A stretch of 64,000 nt of DNA. Origin: Terriglobia bacterium (GTDB lineage Bacteria; Acidobacteriota; Terriglobia; JAJPHL01). Location: contig JAJPHL010000033.1 of NCBI GenBank assembly GCA_021325275.1, positions 63,291-127,290 on the forward strand. The letters run 5' to 3'. A program made the translations under genes and the position numbers. Every line of letters begins with the position of its first letter. Positions within the stretch are counted from its first letter, which is position 1. Shown here piece by piece: positions 43,712 through 53,918 of this stretch. The notes under the pieces were generated by a model. That model searched no databases. It was given only the letters and a program-made list of their open reading frames with translations, and was not told the origin of the DNA.

Positions 43712-44785
43712 GTGATTCTTCAGGAAAACGTACCGCTCGCACCGTTCACCACTTTCGGAGTGGGCGGTCCGGCACGTTACTTCATTCCAGCGGCCTCGCC
43801 ACAAGATGTGCGCGAGGCCGTTTCGTTTTCCGGGGAGCGCAACGAGCCGCTGTTCGTTCTCGGCGGCGGCAGCAATCTCCTGATTTCCGATGCCGGATGG
43901 CCGGGAGTCGTGCTGCGCGTGGAGATCGCGGGCGTCGAGCGGCGCGGCGCCGGGCGATATTTTGTCGGTGCGGGCGAAAACTGGGACGCGTTTGTGGCGG
44001 CCGTGGTCGCCGACAATTGCGCGGGGATCGAGTGCTTGAGCGGCATTCCCGGAACCGTGGGCGGCACGCCGATCCAAAACGTCGGCGCATACGGGCAGGA
44101 AGTCGCGTCGTCGATTGTCGCGGTGCAGGCCTTCGATCTCACCACGAAATCGCTGGTGGAAATCCCCAATGCCGATTGCGGATTCAAATATCGCTCGAGC
44201 ATCTTCAATTCGTCCGCGGCGGGGCGATTCATCGTGCTGGGCGTCGAGTATCAACTGACGCCCGGCGGCGCGCCGGCCATCGAGTACGCCGATTTGCAGG
44301 CGCGGTTTTCAGCGGGAACAACGCCGCGCCTGGCGGAAGTGCGCCATGCCGTACGCGAGATCCGCGCGCGCAAGGGAATGCTGATTGATCCTGATGATCC
44401 GGATTCGCGCAGCGCCGGATCGTTCTTCAAGAATCCCGTGATTTCGCTCGATCACTACAACGACCTGGCCTCGCGGCCCGAGTCCCGCGACATGCCGCAT
44501 TGGTGGGGCGGATTGAATCGCGTGAAACTGTCGGCGGCGTGGCTGGTGGAGCATGCCGGATTCGCCAAGGGTACGCGTCGCGGAAACGCGGCGGTGTCGC
44601 GTAAACATTCCCTGGCCTTGGTGAATGCCGGAGGCGCGAGCGCCACGGAGATCGCTAGGCTGGCGGCGGAAATTGTCGCGGGCGTGCAAGCGCGCTTTGG
44701 CGTGGAATTGCAGCGCGAGCCGCTATACGTGGGAGAGTTTGCGCGGTCAGAACCGCCGGCGGTAGCAGACGCGTGGAAGACTTAA
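43712..44785 (+). CDS. murB: UDP-N-acetylenolpyruvoylglucosamine reductase MurB
   Basis: FAD-binding PCMH block FTTFGVGGPA...VLGGGSNLL, then ...SGIPGTVGGTPIQNVGAYGQE..., C-terminal SAAWLVEHAGF.KG. GTG start. Confidence 0.9.
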   Translation: MILQENVPLAPFTTFGVGGPARYFIPAASPQDVREAVSFSGERNEPLFVLGGGSNLLISDAGWPGVVLRVEIAGVERRGAGRYFVGAGENWDAFVAAVVADNCAGIECLSGIPGTVGGTPIQNVGAYGQEVASSIVAVQAFDLTTKSLVEIPNADCGFKYRSSIFNSSAAGRFIVLGVEYQLTPGGAPAIEYADLQARFSAGTTPRLAEVRHAVREIRARKGMLIDPDDPDSRSAGSFFKNPVISLDHYNDLASRPESRDMPHWWGGLNRVKLSAAWLVEHAGFAKGTRRGNAAVSRKHSLALVNAGGASATEIARLAAEIVAGVQARFGVELQREPLYVGEFARSEPPAVADAWKT

Positions 44786-44816
44786 CCCATTCGCTGGCGC
44801 GAATGGTTCCGACAAT

Positions 44817-45125
44817 CTACAGAAGGATGCCGCGAAGTAAACGGCGGATCGAGTTTGAATCGGGCACGGTGTGTCCCGCGAGGCGTCCGGCGCCGTGGTT
44901 CTTGGCAATGTCTTCCGACGCTGCAGGTTGCGGCAGCACAGGCACGGTGTTCTTGACATCCGGCGCTTTGCTGTCCTTGGCCGCGTGATCGGCGCAAACG
45001 GCTAACGATTTCGCCGCGCGTTCCGGCGGAACGATCGTGGCCGATGCCGGCATCGCTAAAATCGCCGACGCGAAACAAGTCGCGGCGAGCAAGCTGGCCT
45101 TTCTAATGGACTTTCGATGAAACAT
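44817..45125 (-). CDS. small hypothetical secreted protein (~102 aa)
   Basis: Signal-like N-terminus MFHRKSIRKASLLAATCFASAILAMPASA. Weak call with no family. Start trimmed 20 codons from the supplied ORF. Confidence 0.35.
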   Translation of the reverse strand: MFHRKSIRKASLLAATCFASAILAMPASATIVPPERAAKSLAVCADHAAKDSKAPDVKNTVPVLPQPAASEDIAKNHGAGRLAGHTVPDSNSIRRLLRGILL

Positions 45126-45345
45126 TGGGAACCTCATCCGCAGGAGATGCAACTCCAATGCCAATCCCTTAGCTCCCCTACACATTGGTAGACGAATGAA
45201 AAGGCCAAAGGTTCACATTAATTTACTGCCAAAGGGAAGATTGTTGGTTCGAAGTAGGGATGGTTACACTGTCCGGTTCCGGGACTTCGCTCGCGGAATC
45301 GGACACACGGAGAGGGACGACCGGCGGACCTCCTAAGAGGTAGCT

Positions 45346-45741
45346 CTAGCTCGCTTCGCGCAGCCAAACTGGTAGTGCTTCGTGCCCGATCAGTGCGCGA
45401 ATCCGTGACACCAAACGGTCCAGCGCGAAAGGCTTCGGCATAAACGCGTCGGCGCCCGCGGCGGTGGCGCGCGACGCCGATCCCGTATCGCCGCTCATCA
45501 GCATCACGGGAATTCCCGCCAAATCGGGATTCGCTTTGATCCGGCGACACGCTTCGCAGCCGTCGATGCCGGGCATTTGCACGTCCATCAGGATTAAGCC
45601 GGGATGAAACGCGGCGGCTTGCGGAATCGCCGCGGCGCCATCAACGGCGGTGGCTACTTGAAATCCCACGGCGTTCAAAAGGTCAGCCATCAGATTTCGA
45701 AAATCTCTGCTGTCGTCCACAATCAGAATCCGGTTGCTCAT
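45346..45741 (-). CDS. single-domain response regulator (CheY-like receiver)
   Basis: ILIVDDS...LILMDVQMPGIDG...PVMLMSGD...K conserved D/D/T/K positions. Divergent from otsA. Confidence 0.9.
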   Translation of the reverse strand: MSNRILIVDDSRDFRNLMADLLNAVGFQVATAVDGAAAIPQAAAFHPGLILMDVQMPGIDGCEACRRIKANPDLAGIPVMLMSGDTGSASRATAAGADAFMPKPFALDRLVSRIRALIGHEALPVWLREAS

Positions 45742-45930
45742 AATCTTTCTCCTTCAACCTTCACCGCGCGGACGCCTTCTACTGCTTATGACCACAGGGG
45801 CTCGCCATTCGGTTACAGAAAGAATGAAAAAGTTTTCTCGCATGCATTTTAGGTAAAACCCCTACAGTCACAAGACCTAGGTGCCGCGTACTCTGGCGTG
45901 CAACGAGTTTGCGCGATACCATGAATTCAT

Positions 45931-47850
45931 ATGCGGCTGACACTACGTCTTGCCGCGTCACTCGTCGCCAGCATTACGCTGCTGGTTTTTGTTCTTGCGT
46001 ATATCGGTCAGGGCGGTAGCTTAAACGCCCCGAGTTCGCCAACGCTAATCCTGCGCTCGTTGCTCGAAGCGCTGTTCGTCACCTTATTTACATTGCTGAT
46101 CGTGCGCTGGTGCGTCACCGGGTCGGTGGAGCGCACGTTGCGATGGATGCACGAAGTGCGCATGGGCCGCCGCGACGCGCATCCGGGCGCCGATTCCACC
46201 GACTCCGACGCCGATCCTGAATTACTCCAGCCGTTCCGCACCGAGGTCGGCCGCTTCGCCGCGAGTCTGCAAGCGGCGCGCGCCGCCGCGGCCGAGGAAG
46301 CGCGTCTGCGGCACGCCGCCGAATCGCAATGGACGCCAGAGCGCTTGCGTGTCCATGTGCGTCGCCGCTTGGACGGTAGCCGGCTCTTCGTGCTCTCGAA
46401 TCGCCAGCCCTATGCGCACCAACACAAGGGAAAAAACGTGGAAGTGGTCGTGCCGCCCAGCGGACTCGTCACGGCGATCGAGCCGATCCTGCGCGCTTGC
46501 GACGGCGTGTGGGTGGCGCACGGCTCGGGTGATGCGGATCGCGAGGTTGTCGACGAGCACGATCGTTTGCGCGTGCCGCCGGATGAAAGCCACAACTATA
46601 CTCTTCGGCGTGTCTGGCTAACGCCTGAAGAGGAAGCCGGCTATTACTTCGGCTTCTCGAACGAAGGATTGTGGCCGCTTTGTCACATCGCGCATACGCG
46701 ACCCGTTTTTCGCGTGCCCGACTGGCGTTACTACGCCGATGTGAATCAGAAATTCGCGAATGCGCTGGCCGAAGAAATGGAAGACGTGCCCGATCCTCTG
46801 GTGTTGGTGCAGGATTATCACTTTGCGCTCGTGCCGCGCATGATCAAGCAACTGCGTCCCGACGCGCGCGTGGCCATCTTCTGGCATATCCCGTGGCCGA
46901 ATCCGGAATCGTTTGGAATTTGCCCGCAGCAGCGCGAATTGCTCGACGGATTACTCGGCGCGGACCTCATCGGATTCCACATTCAGGCGCATTGCATCAA
47001 TTTCCTCGAAACCGTCGACCGCGCCCTGGAAGCGCGCGTGGAATTGGAGCGATCGGTGGTGAATCGCGGCGGGCATCCGACGTTGGTGCGTCCGTTCCCG
47101 ATCAGCATTCCGTTTCCGGCGGAGCAATCAGGCGAACGCCGTGGGTCCACGATCACCGAACGCACCGCGCTGCTCGCGGAAACGGGAATTCACGCGCAAT
47201 TTCTCGGCGTGGGCGTCGATCGCGTCGACTACACGAAGGGAATTCTCGAACGCTTCCACGGCATCGAGGAAATGATGGAGCAGTATCCGCAATATCGCGG
47301 GCGCCTGACGTTCGTACAGATCGGCGCACCGAGCCGCATGCACGTGCGCAGCTATCGCGAGTTGTTCGAAGAAGTGGGGCGCGAGGCCGAGCGCATCAAT
47401 CAAAAGTGGAAGCGCGGAAACTGGCAGCCCATCGTGCTGCTCGACCGTTATCATTCGCACCGCGAGATTGAGCGCTTCTATCGCGCCGCCGATTTTTGTT
47501 TAGTCACGTCGCTGCACGACGGAATGAATCTGGTGGCGAAGGAATTCGTCGCTGCCCGCAGCGACGAGCAAGGTGTGCTGATCCTGAGCACGTTTACCGG
47601 CGCCAGCCGCGAGTTGACCGACGCCTTGTTGGTGAATCCGTACGACGCCGCGCAACTGGCTTCGGCCATGTGCGAGGCGCTGGAAATGCCTTCCGGGGAA
47701 CGGGTCGCACGCATGCAACGCATGCGCCGCGTGGTGAGGGAAAACAACGTCTATCGCTGGGCGGCCAGCCTGATCGGGGAACTCTCCGAGATCCGCACCG
47801 AAGCACGAAGCGAGATACGGAGCATCAAGCCGCAAGGAGTTGCCGCATGA
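45931..47850 (+). CDS. otsA: alpha,alpha-trehalose-phosphate synthase (GT20) with ~150-aa N-terminal 2-TM extension
   Basis: GT20 blocks RLFVLSNRQPYAH..., GGLVTA, VWVAHGSGD, LVLVQDYHFALVP, GFHIQAHC, VQIGAPSR, LVTSLHDGMNLVAKEF. The N-terminal hydrophobic helices LAASLVASITLLVFVLAYIG and LEALFVTLFTLLIVRWCV are unusual for OtsA. Confidence 0.9.
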   Translation: MRLTLRLAASLVASITLLVFVLAYIGQGGSLNAPSSPTLILRSLLEALFVTLFTLLIVRWCVTGSVERTLRWMHEVRMGRRDAHPGADSTDSDADPELLQPFRTEVGRFAASLQAARAAAAEEARLRHAAESQWTPERLRVHVRRRLDGSRLFVLSNRQPYAHQHKGKNVEVVVPPSGLVTAIEPILRACDGVWVAHGSGDADREVVDEHDRLRVPPDESHNYTLRRVWLTPEEEAGYYFGFSNEGLWPLCHIAHTRPVFRVPDWRYYADVNQKFANALAEEMEDVPDPLVLVQDYHFALVPRMIKQLRPDARVAIFWHIPWPNPESFGICPQQRELLDGLLGADLIGFHIQAHCINFLETVDRALEARVELERSVVNRGGHPTLVRPFPISIPFPAEQSGERRGSTITERTALLAETGIHAQFLGVGVDRVDYTKGILERFHGIEEMMEQYPQYRGRLTFVQIGAPSRMHVRSYRELFEEVGREAERINQKWKRGNWQPIVLLDRYHSHREIERFYRAADFCLVTSLHDGMNLVAKEFVAARSDEQGVLILSTFTGASRELTDALLVNPYDAAQLASAMCEALEMPSGERVARMQRMRRVVRENNVYRWAASLIGELSEIRTEARSEIRSIKPQGVAA

Positions 47851-48584
47851 TGGCCGATTATCTTTTCGACTCGTGGAGTACCGTGGCGCGACGCCTAGGG
47901 GCATCGCGCCGAATCGCGTTGATTCTGGATTTTGACGGAACGCTCACGCCGATCGTTTCGCATCCGTCACTGGCGAAAGTGCCGGAGGCGGTGCGCGATC
48001 TACTGAAACGCATCGCGCGCCTGGCACGCCTGCGCGTCTGGATCGTCACCGGACGTAAGCAGGATGATCTGGAGCAGTTGCTTGCTGTGCCAGGCGTACA
48101 GATCGTGGGCGTGTATGGCGGTACGCTGGCGCCTGCCGGGGCCCATGCGATGCAGGAATTGTGCCACGAGATGGCCAAGTCGCTGGCCGGCATGAAAGGC
48201 GTATGGGTGGAAGACAAAGCTGTTTGTTTCGCGATCCACTATCGTGAAGCGGAACGCGCCACCGTGCGCCGCGCGCGCCGGATGGTGCGTTCGAAACTTC
48301 CGCCCGGAATGCAGATGCGCCGCGGCAAATGCGTGTGGGACGTGGCTCCCGCCGGCTTCCGCGAAAAAGGCGACACCGTGCGCAATCTCTTGGCGAGGCA
48401 GCCGCCGTTGACGCTGCCGATTATCGCGGGTGACGATGGCGCCGACGAATCGGCGTTCGCGGCGTCGCCCTCGGCGCTCACCGTGCGCGTGGGATGGTCG
48501 CAGAAAACGGAAGCGAAATACTACGTGCGCACGCCAAGGGAACTGTGGGAGTTTCTAAGAAGGTTGGAAGAAGCGGTGGCCTAA
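47847..48584 (+). CDS. otsB: trehalose-6-phosphate phosphatase
   Basis: HAD motif I LILDFDGTLTP. ATGA overlap with the otsA stop. Start set at Met 117 codons into the supplied ORF. Confidence 0.9.
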   Translation: MMADYLFDSWSTVARRLGASRRIALILDFDGTLTPIVSHPSLAKVPEAVRDLLKRIARLARLRVWIVTGRKQDDLEQLLAVPGVQIVGVYGGTLAPAGAHAMQELCHEMAKSLAGMKGVWVEDKAVCFAIHYREAERATVRRARRMVRSKLPPGMQMRRGKCVWDVAPAGFREKGDTVRNLLARQPPLTLPIIAGDDGADESAFAASPSALTVRVGWSQKTEAKYYVRTPRELWEFLRRLEEAVA

Positions 48585-48598
48585 CAACAGTGCGAGTT

Positions 48599-48991
48599 TT
48601 ACCCTCGCGCCTTTAGCCAGCGCTGCATCTCGTCTTTGAGGACGCGCAGGTCCACCGGCTTGCAGACCACTGCGTTGCATCCCGCTTGCAGAATGCGATC
48701 CTGCTCGTCGCGCAGCGCGTGCGCCGTCACCGCGATCACCGGTACTTGACTCGACGGCGGTTCAGGACGCTCGCGCACCCATCGCGAAAAATCCGCGCCG
48801 TCTTCATCGCCCAAACGAATATCGAGCAACACCAACGCCGGACACGCCGCTGCGAAACGCGAGCGCGCAGTGGCGAGATCTTCGGCCGTGTCCACTTGAT
48901 AGCCGGCGATCTCCAACCACTCCACGAGCATCTCCATGTTCATGGGATTGTCTTCCACCACCAGCACGCGTGTTTTCGTCGAAAAATTCAT
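48599..48991 (-). CDS. single-domain response regulator (CheY-like receiver)
   Basis: VLVVEDNPMN...LVLLDIRLGDEDG...VIAVTAHA...K. Immediately downstream of the hybrid histidine kinase. Confidence 0.9.
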   Translation of the reverse strand: MNFSTKTRVLVVEDNPMNMEMLVEWLEIAGYQVDTAEDLATARSRFAAACPALVLLDIRLGDEDGADFSRWVRERPEPPSSQVPVIAVTAHALRDEQDRILQAGCNAVVCKPVDLRVLKDEMQRWLKARG

Positions 48992-49018
48992 CAGATCGTA
49001 CGTGTCACCTCTTTGGTT

Positions 49019-51196
49019 CTACGATTTCCCCACTGTAGAACGCTTCGTCGCGCACCGTTCCACGGCTCTCAAGAGTACATCGCGTTCCACCGGTTTGACT
49101 AGATATTCTTGCGCGCCGAGAAGATTTCCCATCTGCGGCTGATCGACGACCGTGATCAAGATCACGGGGATTTCGCGAGTCCGTGTATCTTCTTTGAGCT
49201 GCGCCAAAACTTGCCATCCGTTCACCGGCGACATCAGCACGTCGAGCGTGATGGTCATCGGTTGAAGACGCGCGGCCACTTCCACCGTCGCGCTGGGATC
49301 GTCGCAGATCACCGGATTGTATCCCGCGCCTTCCAGCTGCTGCTCGAGCAACTGCGCGCTGCGCACATTGTCTTCCACGATCAACACGGTTCCGCGAGAT
49401 GGTTCCACTGGCGGCGGCGCCGTCCCCAACGCCGGCGGTGTGCGCGGAGCGGAGCGGCCCGCGGGCAGCGTGAAAAAGAAACGGCTGCCATTGCCAAGCG
49501 TGCTTTCCAATCCAAACTTTCCGCCGTGCGCTTCCACGAGACTCTTTGAGATCGCCAGACCCAATCCGCTGCCTTCCTTGCGGCGGGCTTGTTTGCCGCG
49601 ATAAAACGATTCGAAGATGCGGTCCTGTTCGGTAGGCTCAATGCCGGGACCATCGTCGATCACCGAAATCCGCACGCCTTCGGCGCCCGCGTCTTCGGCG
49701 CGCACGATCACGCGTCCGCCGTCGGGCGTGAACTTGATCGCATTGCCCACCAGATTCATCACCACTTGGCGGAATCGCGTGCGATCGGCCAGAATGACAA
49801 GTCCACCCAAGCCCGCGGCGCAATCTTGCTCGAGTGTTTGCGATTTCTTGTCGGCCAGCGGCTTGAGTCCCGCGAGACATTCTTCGACCGCTTCGTTCAC
49901 GGCAATGTTCTCCAGGCTCAGATCGAGGCGGCCCGCTTCGATCTTCGACAAATCGAGAATGTCCCCGATCAAGCGAACCAGGTGCTGTCCGGCCTTGTAG
50001 ATGTTGTTGACGTAGCGGTCTTGCTTTTCGGTGAGCGGCCCGTAGGCGGTGTCTTTGAGCAATTCGGAAAATCCCAGGACGGCGTTGAGCGGCGTGCGCA
50101 GCTCGTGACTCATGTTCGAGAGGAATTGATCCTTGAACTGATTCGATTGCTCGGCCGCGATTTTCGCCGACGCCAGCGCCGCTTCTGCCGCCTTTCGCTC
50201 GGTGATGTCGGTGGAAAAGCAGCACAGCGCCAGCGGCTGGCCGTGTTCGTCATTCAGCGGATACTTGATCGCAAGAAACGTCCGGGGAATTCCGCGCACC
50301 AAAAGACTTTCCTCGAACTCCATGGGACCGCGGTGCTTCCACACTTGCTCGTTGTGCTCGGACAAGGCATCGGCGAGCTCCTTGGGCTGGAAATCGTAAG
50401 CCGTCTTGCCGATCATGTTTTGTACCGTGGTGCCGTACACCGCCGCGCAGAAGCGATTCACCAGCAGGAAGCGCCCTGCGTGATCCTTGGCGAAGACCAC
50501 CGCCGTGCAGCTCTCCAGGACTCCCGAAAGCATGGCGCGCGCCTCGCGCTCGGAGCGTTCCGCGCGCATGCGCGTGCGCACTTCCTCGCTGATCTTGCGG
50601 AACGACCATGCCACGGCGGCCAGCGCGACCGCGCAGCACGCCAGAATGCTTGCCACCACCAGGCGATTGCTGAATTCGGCTTGGTCGGTGCGTAGGCGCG
50701 CGAGCTGCGCTTCTTCCGCCAGCATGGCGAGCATTTGCTCCCGCACTGGGTAGCCCGGGTTCGTCGAATTCTCGACGATCGCGGCGGCCTTCTTGGTCTC
50801 TCCCGCGCGCGCGAGGCGGACCGTTTCATCCATCTCCGCGAGACGTCCCACGATTTCCGGTTCCAACACGTCGAGACGCGCTTGCTGTCGCGGATTGTCG
50901 GTGGTCAACTCGCGCAGATGGTTCATGGACGAACGCACTTCCCGGTGGGCGTCCTGGAATCGCTGGTTGAAATCTTCGGTGGGAGCAAGGACAAATCCGC
51001 GGGAGGCCGACGACGCAATGGCCAGCGCGCTGCGCAGATGGTGCACTTCGGCCAGCACTTCGTAAGTGTGCGAAACCATCCGCGCGTTTTCGGAATATCC
51101 GCGAATATTCCAATACGAAACTCCGCTCACGGCGGCGAGCATGAACAGCGCGACGCCGAATCCCAGAACAACGCGCGATGTGAGACCCAAACGCAC
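49019..51196 (-). CDS. hybrid sensor histidine kinase: TM–CHASE3–TM–PAS–HisKA–HATPase_c–receiver
   Basis: CHASE3 (VSHTYEVLAEVHHLRSALAIASSASRGFVL), PAS (VFAKDHAGRFLLVNRF...), H-box SHELRTPLNAV, N/G boxes (VMNLVGNAIKFT, DDGPGI, GSGLGLAI), C-terminal receiver (VLIVEDN...D...K). Confidence 0.9.
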   Translation of the reverse strand: MRLGLTSRVVLGFGVALFMLAAVSGVSYWNIRGYSENARMVSHTYEVLAEVHHLRSALAIASSASRGFVLAPTEDFNQRFQDAHREVRSSMNHLRELTTDNPRQQARLDVLEPEIVGRLAEMDETVRLARAGETKKAAAIVENSTNPGYPVREQMLAMLAEEAQLARLRTDQAEFSNRLVVASILACCAVALAAVAWSFRKISEEVRTRMRAERSEREARAMLSGVLESCTAVVFAKDHAGRFLLVNRFCAAVYGTTVQNMIGKTAYDFQPKELADALSEHNEQVWKHRGPMEFEESLLVRGIPRTFLAIKYPLNDEHGQPLALCCFSTDITERKAAEAALASAKIAAEQSNQFKDQFLSNMSHELRTPLNAVLGFSELLKDTAYGPLTEKQDRYVNNIYKAGQHLVRLIGDILDLSKIEAGRLDLSLENIAVNEAVEECLAGLKPLADKKSQTLEQDCAAGLGGLVILADRTRFRQVVMNLVGNAIKFTPDGGRVIVRAEDAGAEGVRISVIDDGPGIEPTEQDRIFESFYRGKQARRKEGSGLGLAISKSLVEAHGGKFGLESTLGNGSRFFFTLPAGRSAPRTPPALGTAPPPVEPSRGTVLIVEDNVRSAQLLEQQLEGAGYNPVICDDPSATVEVAARLQPMTITLDVLMSPVNGWQVLAQLKEDTRTREIPVILITVVDQPQMGNLLGAQEYLVKPVERDVLLRAVERCATKRSTVGKS

Positions 51197-51288
51197 TTAC
51201 CCAATTACGTTACTACGTTTCGGGCATCCCCGCGAGCGTGGGGCGGATAATGCCTTGTGCTATTCTGGTACTTCCCAAGGGGGTTCGG

Positions 51289-52008
51289 ATGCGCTTGCTT
51301 AACGCCGCTGCGTGCGCGGCTCTTTCGGCGACAATCCTGATGGGGCTCGCCGCCGCTCCGGCCGGGCCGATGAAGGTCGACGTTTCCAAGGAAACGCCCG
51401 GCGCGGAGTCGAAGCGATTTCTCTCGGTAGTCGGAAATTGGTCGGTGGTGAACGATCACGGACGCAACGTGATGATGGAAGACGGCCGCCCGTGGAAACG
51501 CGGTCAACCCGCCGGCGGATTGGTGGACACGGCGCGCGCCATCTACGGATCGAAGCACGAAGAATTCATCGACAACGTGAAGGCCTTCGCGTATTTCCCC
51601 TACGCGGTGGCGCACGAAGTTCCGGATTTCTCGAACGGCGAAGTTTCGGTGCGCTTCAAGATCATGGACGGCCAGCTCGATCAGTGCGCGGGAATTCTTT
51701 TCAACCTGAAACCGAACGGCAATTATCTGACGGTTCGCTTCAACGGCAAGGAAGACAATCTCGTGTTGTGGACGTTCAAGGAAGGCAAGCGCAGTTTCGT
51801 GAAGCGCGCGCCCGACGATTATCCGCTGGAAATGAAGAAGTGGTACACCATCAAGATCGCCGTGCACGGCGTGCAACTCTCTGGATTCCTAAACGGCGAG
51901 CGGATTTTGGAATACACGCTGCCGGAACCGGTTTCCGGCAAAGTCGGCCTGTGGTCGAAGACCGATAGCGTGATCTACTTCGACGATTTCACGGTGACGC
52001 CGGAATGA
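51289..52008 (+). CDS. secreted DUF1080 (3-keto-disaccharide hydrolase / LamG-like jelly-roll) domain protein
   Basis: Signal peptide MRLLNAAACAALSATILMGLAAAPA. Jelly-roll pattern GEVSVRFKIMDG...NGKEDNLVLWTF...WYTIKIAVHGVQLSGFLNGERI...GKVGLWSKTDSVIYFDDF. RBS aaggggg. Start set at Met 17 codons into the supplied ORF. Confidence 0.65.
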   Translation: MRLLNAAACAALSATILMGLAAAPAGPMKVDVSKETPGAESKRFLSVVGNWSVVNDHGRNVMMEDGRPWKRGQPAGGLVDTARAIYGSKHEEFIDNVKAFAYFPYAVAHEVPDFSNGEVSVRFKIMDGQLDQCAGILFNLKPNGNYLTVRFNGKEDNLVLWTFKEGKRSFVKRAPDDYPLEMKKWYTIKIAVHGVQLSGFLNGERILEYTLPEPVSGKVGLWSKTDSVIYFDDFTVTPE

Positions 52009-52757
52009 GCGCCGCGCCTCAGCGTCCCGGCAACCCAGGTCCCGTGCCATCGGCCACGCGCCAATTGTGCGAAGCCGTTTACGAAGCGAATCTCGCGCTG
52101 GTCCGCGCGGGACTCGCCATGGACACCTTCGGCAACGCCAGCGGAATCCTGCGCCCCACCGGTGGATCCGCCGGATTGGTCGCGATCAAGCCGAGCGGCG
52201 TGGCGTACGACAAGCTGCGTCCGGAGTCGATGGTTCTCGTGACGCTCGATGGCAAAGTGCTCGACGGCAAACTGCGGCCGTCAACGGATTTGCCCACGCA
52301 TCTAGCGCTCTATCACGCCTTCCCCGCGATCGGCGGCGTCGCACATACGCATTCGCATTACGCCACCGTGTTCGCGCAAGCGGGCCGCGAGATTCCATGC
52401 TTCGGCACGACGCACGCTGACTATTTCTATGGATCCGTCCCGGTGACCGATCCGATGTCCGCGAGTATCATCCAGCACGATTACGAACTGAACACCGGAC
52501 GCGAGATCGCGCGGCGCTTCACGGTGCTGAATCCCGCGGCGATGCCGGCGGTGCTGGTGCATGGTCACGCGCCGTTTTGCTGGGGAGCTTCGCCGGCCGA
52601 GGCCGCGCACAACGCCTGGATGCTGGAGGAAGCGGCGCGCCTGGCATTTCACACCATGCAGTTGAGTCCCGGCGTGCGTCCGATCTCGAAGGAATTGCTC
52701 GACAAGCATTTTCTCCGCAAGCATGGAGCGGGGCGATACTACGGCCAGGGTTTTTAA
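52005..52757 (+). CDS. class II aldolase/adducin family protein (L-ribulose-5-phosphate 4-epimerase / fuculose-phosphate aldolase-like)
   Basis: GNASGI...IKPSG..., HTHSHYAT zinc-ligand His cluster, HGHAPF. ATGA overlap with the upstream gene. Confidence 0.8.
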   Translation: MSAAPQRPGNPGPVPSATRQLCEAVYEANLALVRAGLAMDTFGNASGILRPTGGSAGLVAIKPSGVAYDKLRPESMVLVTLDGKVLDGKLRPSTDLPTHLALYHAFPAIGGVAHTHSHYATVFAQAGREIPCFGTTHADYFYGSVPVTDPMSASIIQHDYELNTGREIARRFTVLNPAAMPAVLVHGHAPFCWGASPAEAAHNAWMLEEAARLAFHTMQLSPGVRPISKELLDKHFLRKHGAGRYYGQGF

Positions 52758-52802
52758 GCTTCGAAGCTTCAAAGTTCGTAAGCTCAATAGCTCGCGCCGA
52801 TT

Positions 52803-53918
52803 TTGGGGGACAAAATGATTGGCAAGTTTTCCACGGCGCTAGCGCTGCTGGCGATTTTCTCGGGAGCTCAAACAAAAGTGACTCAACAACCTTTCGGCAA
52901 GATGAAGGACGGCCGCGCCGTGGAGATTTACACCCTCAGCGACGGCAAAGTGGAAGCGCGCATCATGACCTATGCGGGCACCATCGTGTCGCTCAAGACG
53001 CCGGATCGCAACGGCAACATGGCCGACGTGACGCTCGGCTTCGATTCGCTCGACGGCTATCTGGGCAATCATCCGCACTTCGGCGCGCTGATCGGCCGCT
53101 ATGGCAATCGCATCGGCAAGGGACATCTTGTCGTCGATGGCAAGACGTATCAGTTGGCGCTGAACAACGGTCCCAACACGTTGCACGGCGGCACCGAGGG
53201 ATTCGATCGCAAACTTTGGAAGGGCAAGGCGATTCCCAACGGCGTCGAGCTGGAATACGTGAGTCCCGACGGCGAGGAGCATTTTCCCGGCACGCTCACC
53301 GTGATTGTTCGCTACACGCTGGTGGGCGGCGCGCTGCGCATCGACTACTCCGCCACCACCGACAAAGATACGGTCGTGAATCTTACCAATCACGCGTACT
53401 GGAATCTCGCGGGCGAGGGCTCGGGCGACGTGCTGAACCAGGAAATGCAAATCAACGCCGGCAAATTCACGCCGGTGGACGACGGCCTGATTCCCACGGG
53501 CGAACTAAAGCCGGTCGCCGGCACGCCGTTCGATTTCACCAAACCGAAAGCCATCGGCAAGGACATCGCGAGCACCGACGAGCAAGTGGTCCGCGGCAAA
53601 GGTTTCGACCACAATTTTGTGCTGGACAAGAAATCGATGAACGGCCAGTTGGTGCAGGCGGCCGTGGCGCACGATCCCGCGTCGGGACGCACCATGGAAA
53701 CATGGACCACCCAGCCGGGCGTCCAGTTCTACACCGGAAATTTCCTCGACGGCACGATCCACGGCAAGAGTGATCACGTCTACGCGCGGCGAAACGCGTT
53801 TTGTTTAGAGACGCAGCATTTCCCGGACTCGCCGAATAAACCCGAGTTTCCCTCGACGCTGTTGAAGCCGGGCCAGAAGTATCACACCGTGACGGAATAT
53901 CGCTTCTCCGCGAAATAA
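52803..53918 (+). CDS. galM: aldose 1-epimerase (galactose mutarotase), secreted
   Basis: Signal peptide. GalM blocks GFD...HPHFGALIGRYGNRI, TLHGG..GFD...W, NLTNHAYWNL, F.LETQHFPDSPN. Confidence 0.85.
   Translation: MGDKMIGKFSTALALLAIFSGAQTKVTQQPFGKMKDGRAVEIYTLSDGKVEARIMTYAGTIVSLKTPDRNGNMADVTLGFDSLDGYLGNHPHFGALIGRYGNRIGKGHLVVDGKTYQLALNNGPNTLHGGTEGFDRKLWKGKAIPNGVELEYVSPDGEEHFPGTLTVIVRYTLVGGALRIDYSATTDKDTVVNLTNHAYWNLAGEGSGDVLNQEMQINAGKFTPVDDGLIPTGELKPVAGTPFDFTKPKAIGKDIASTDEQVVRGKGFDHNFVLDKKSMNGQLVQAAVAHDPASGRTMETWTTQPGVQFYTGNFLDGTIHGKSDHVYARRNAFCLETQHFPDSPNKPEFPSTLLKPGQKYHTVTEYRFSAK

Noticed and set aside
45742-45930. tRNA / riboswitch in the larger intergenic regions (45742-45930, 14339-14543, 45186-45345)
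   Set aside because: No cloverleaf-compatible stems, no conserved T-loop/anticodon patterns and no recognisable riboswitch cores. Interpreted as ordinary divergent promoter regions.
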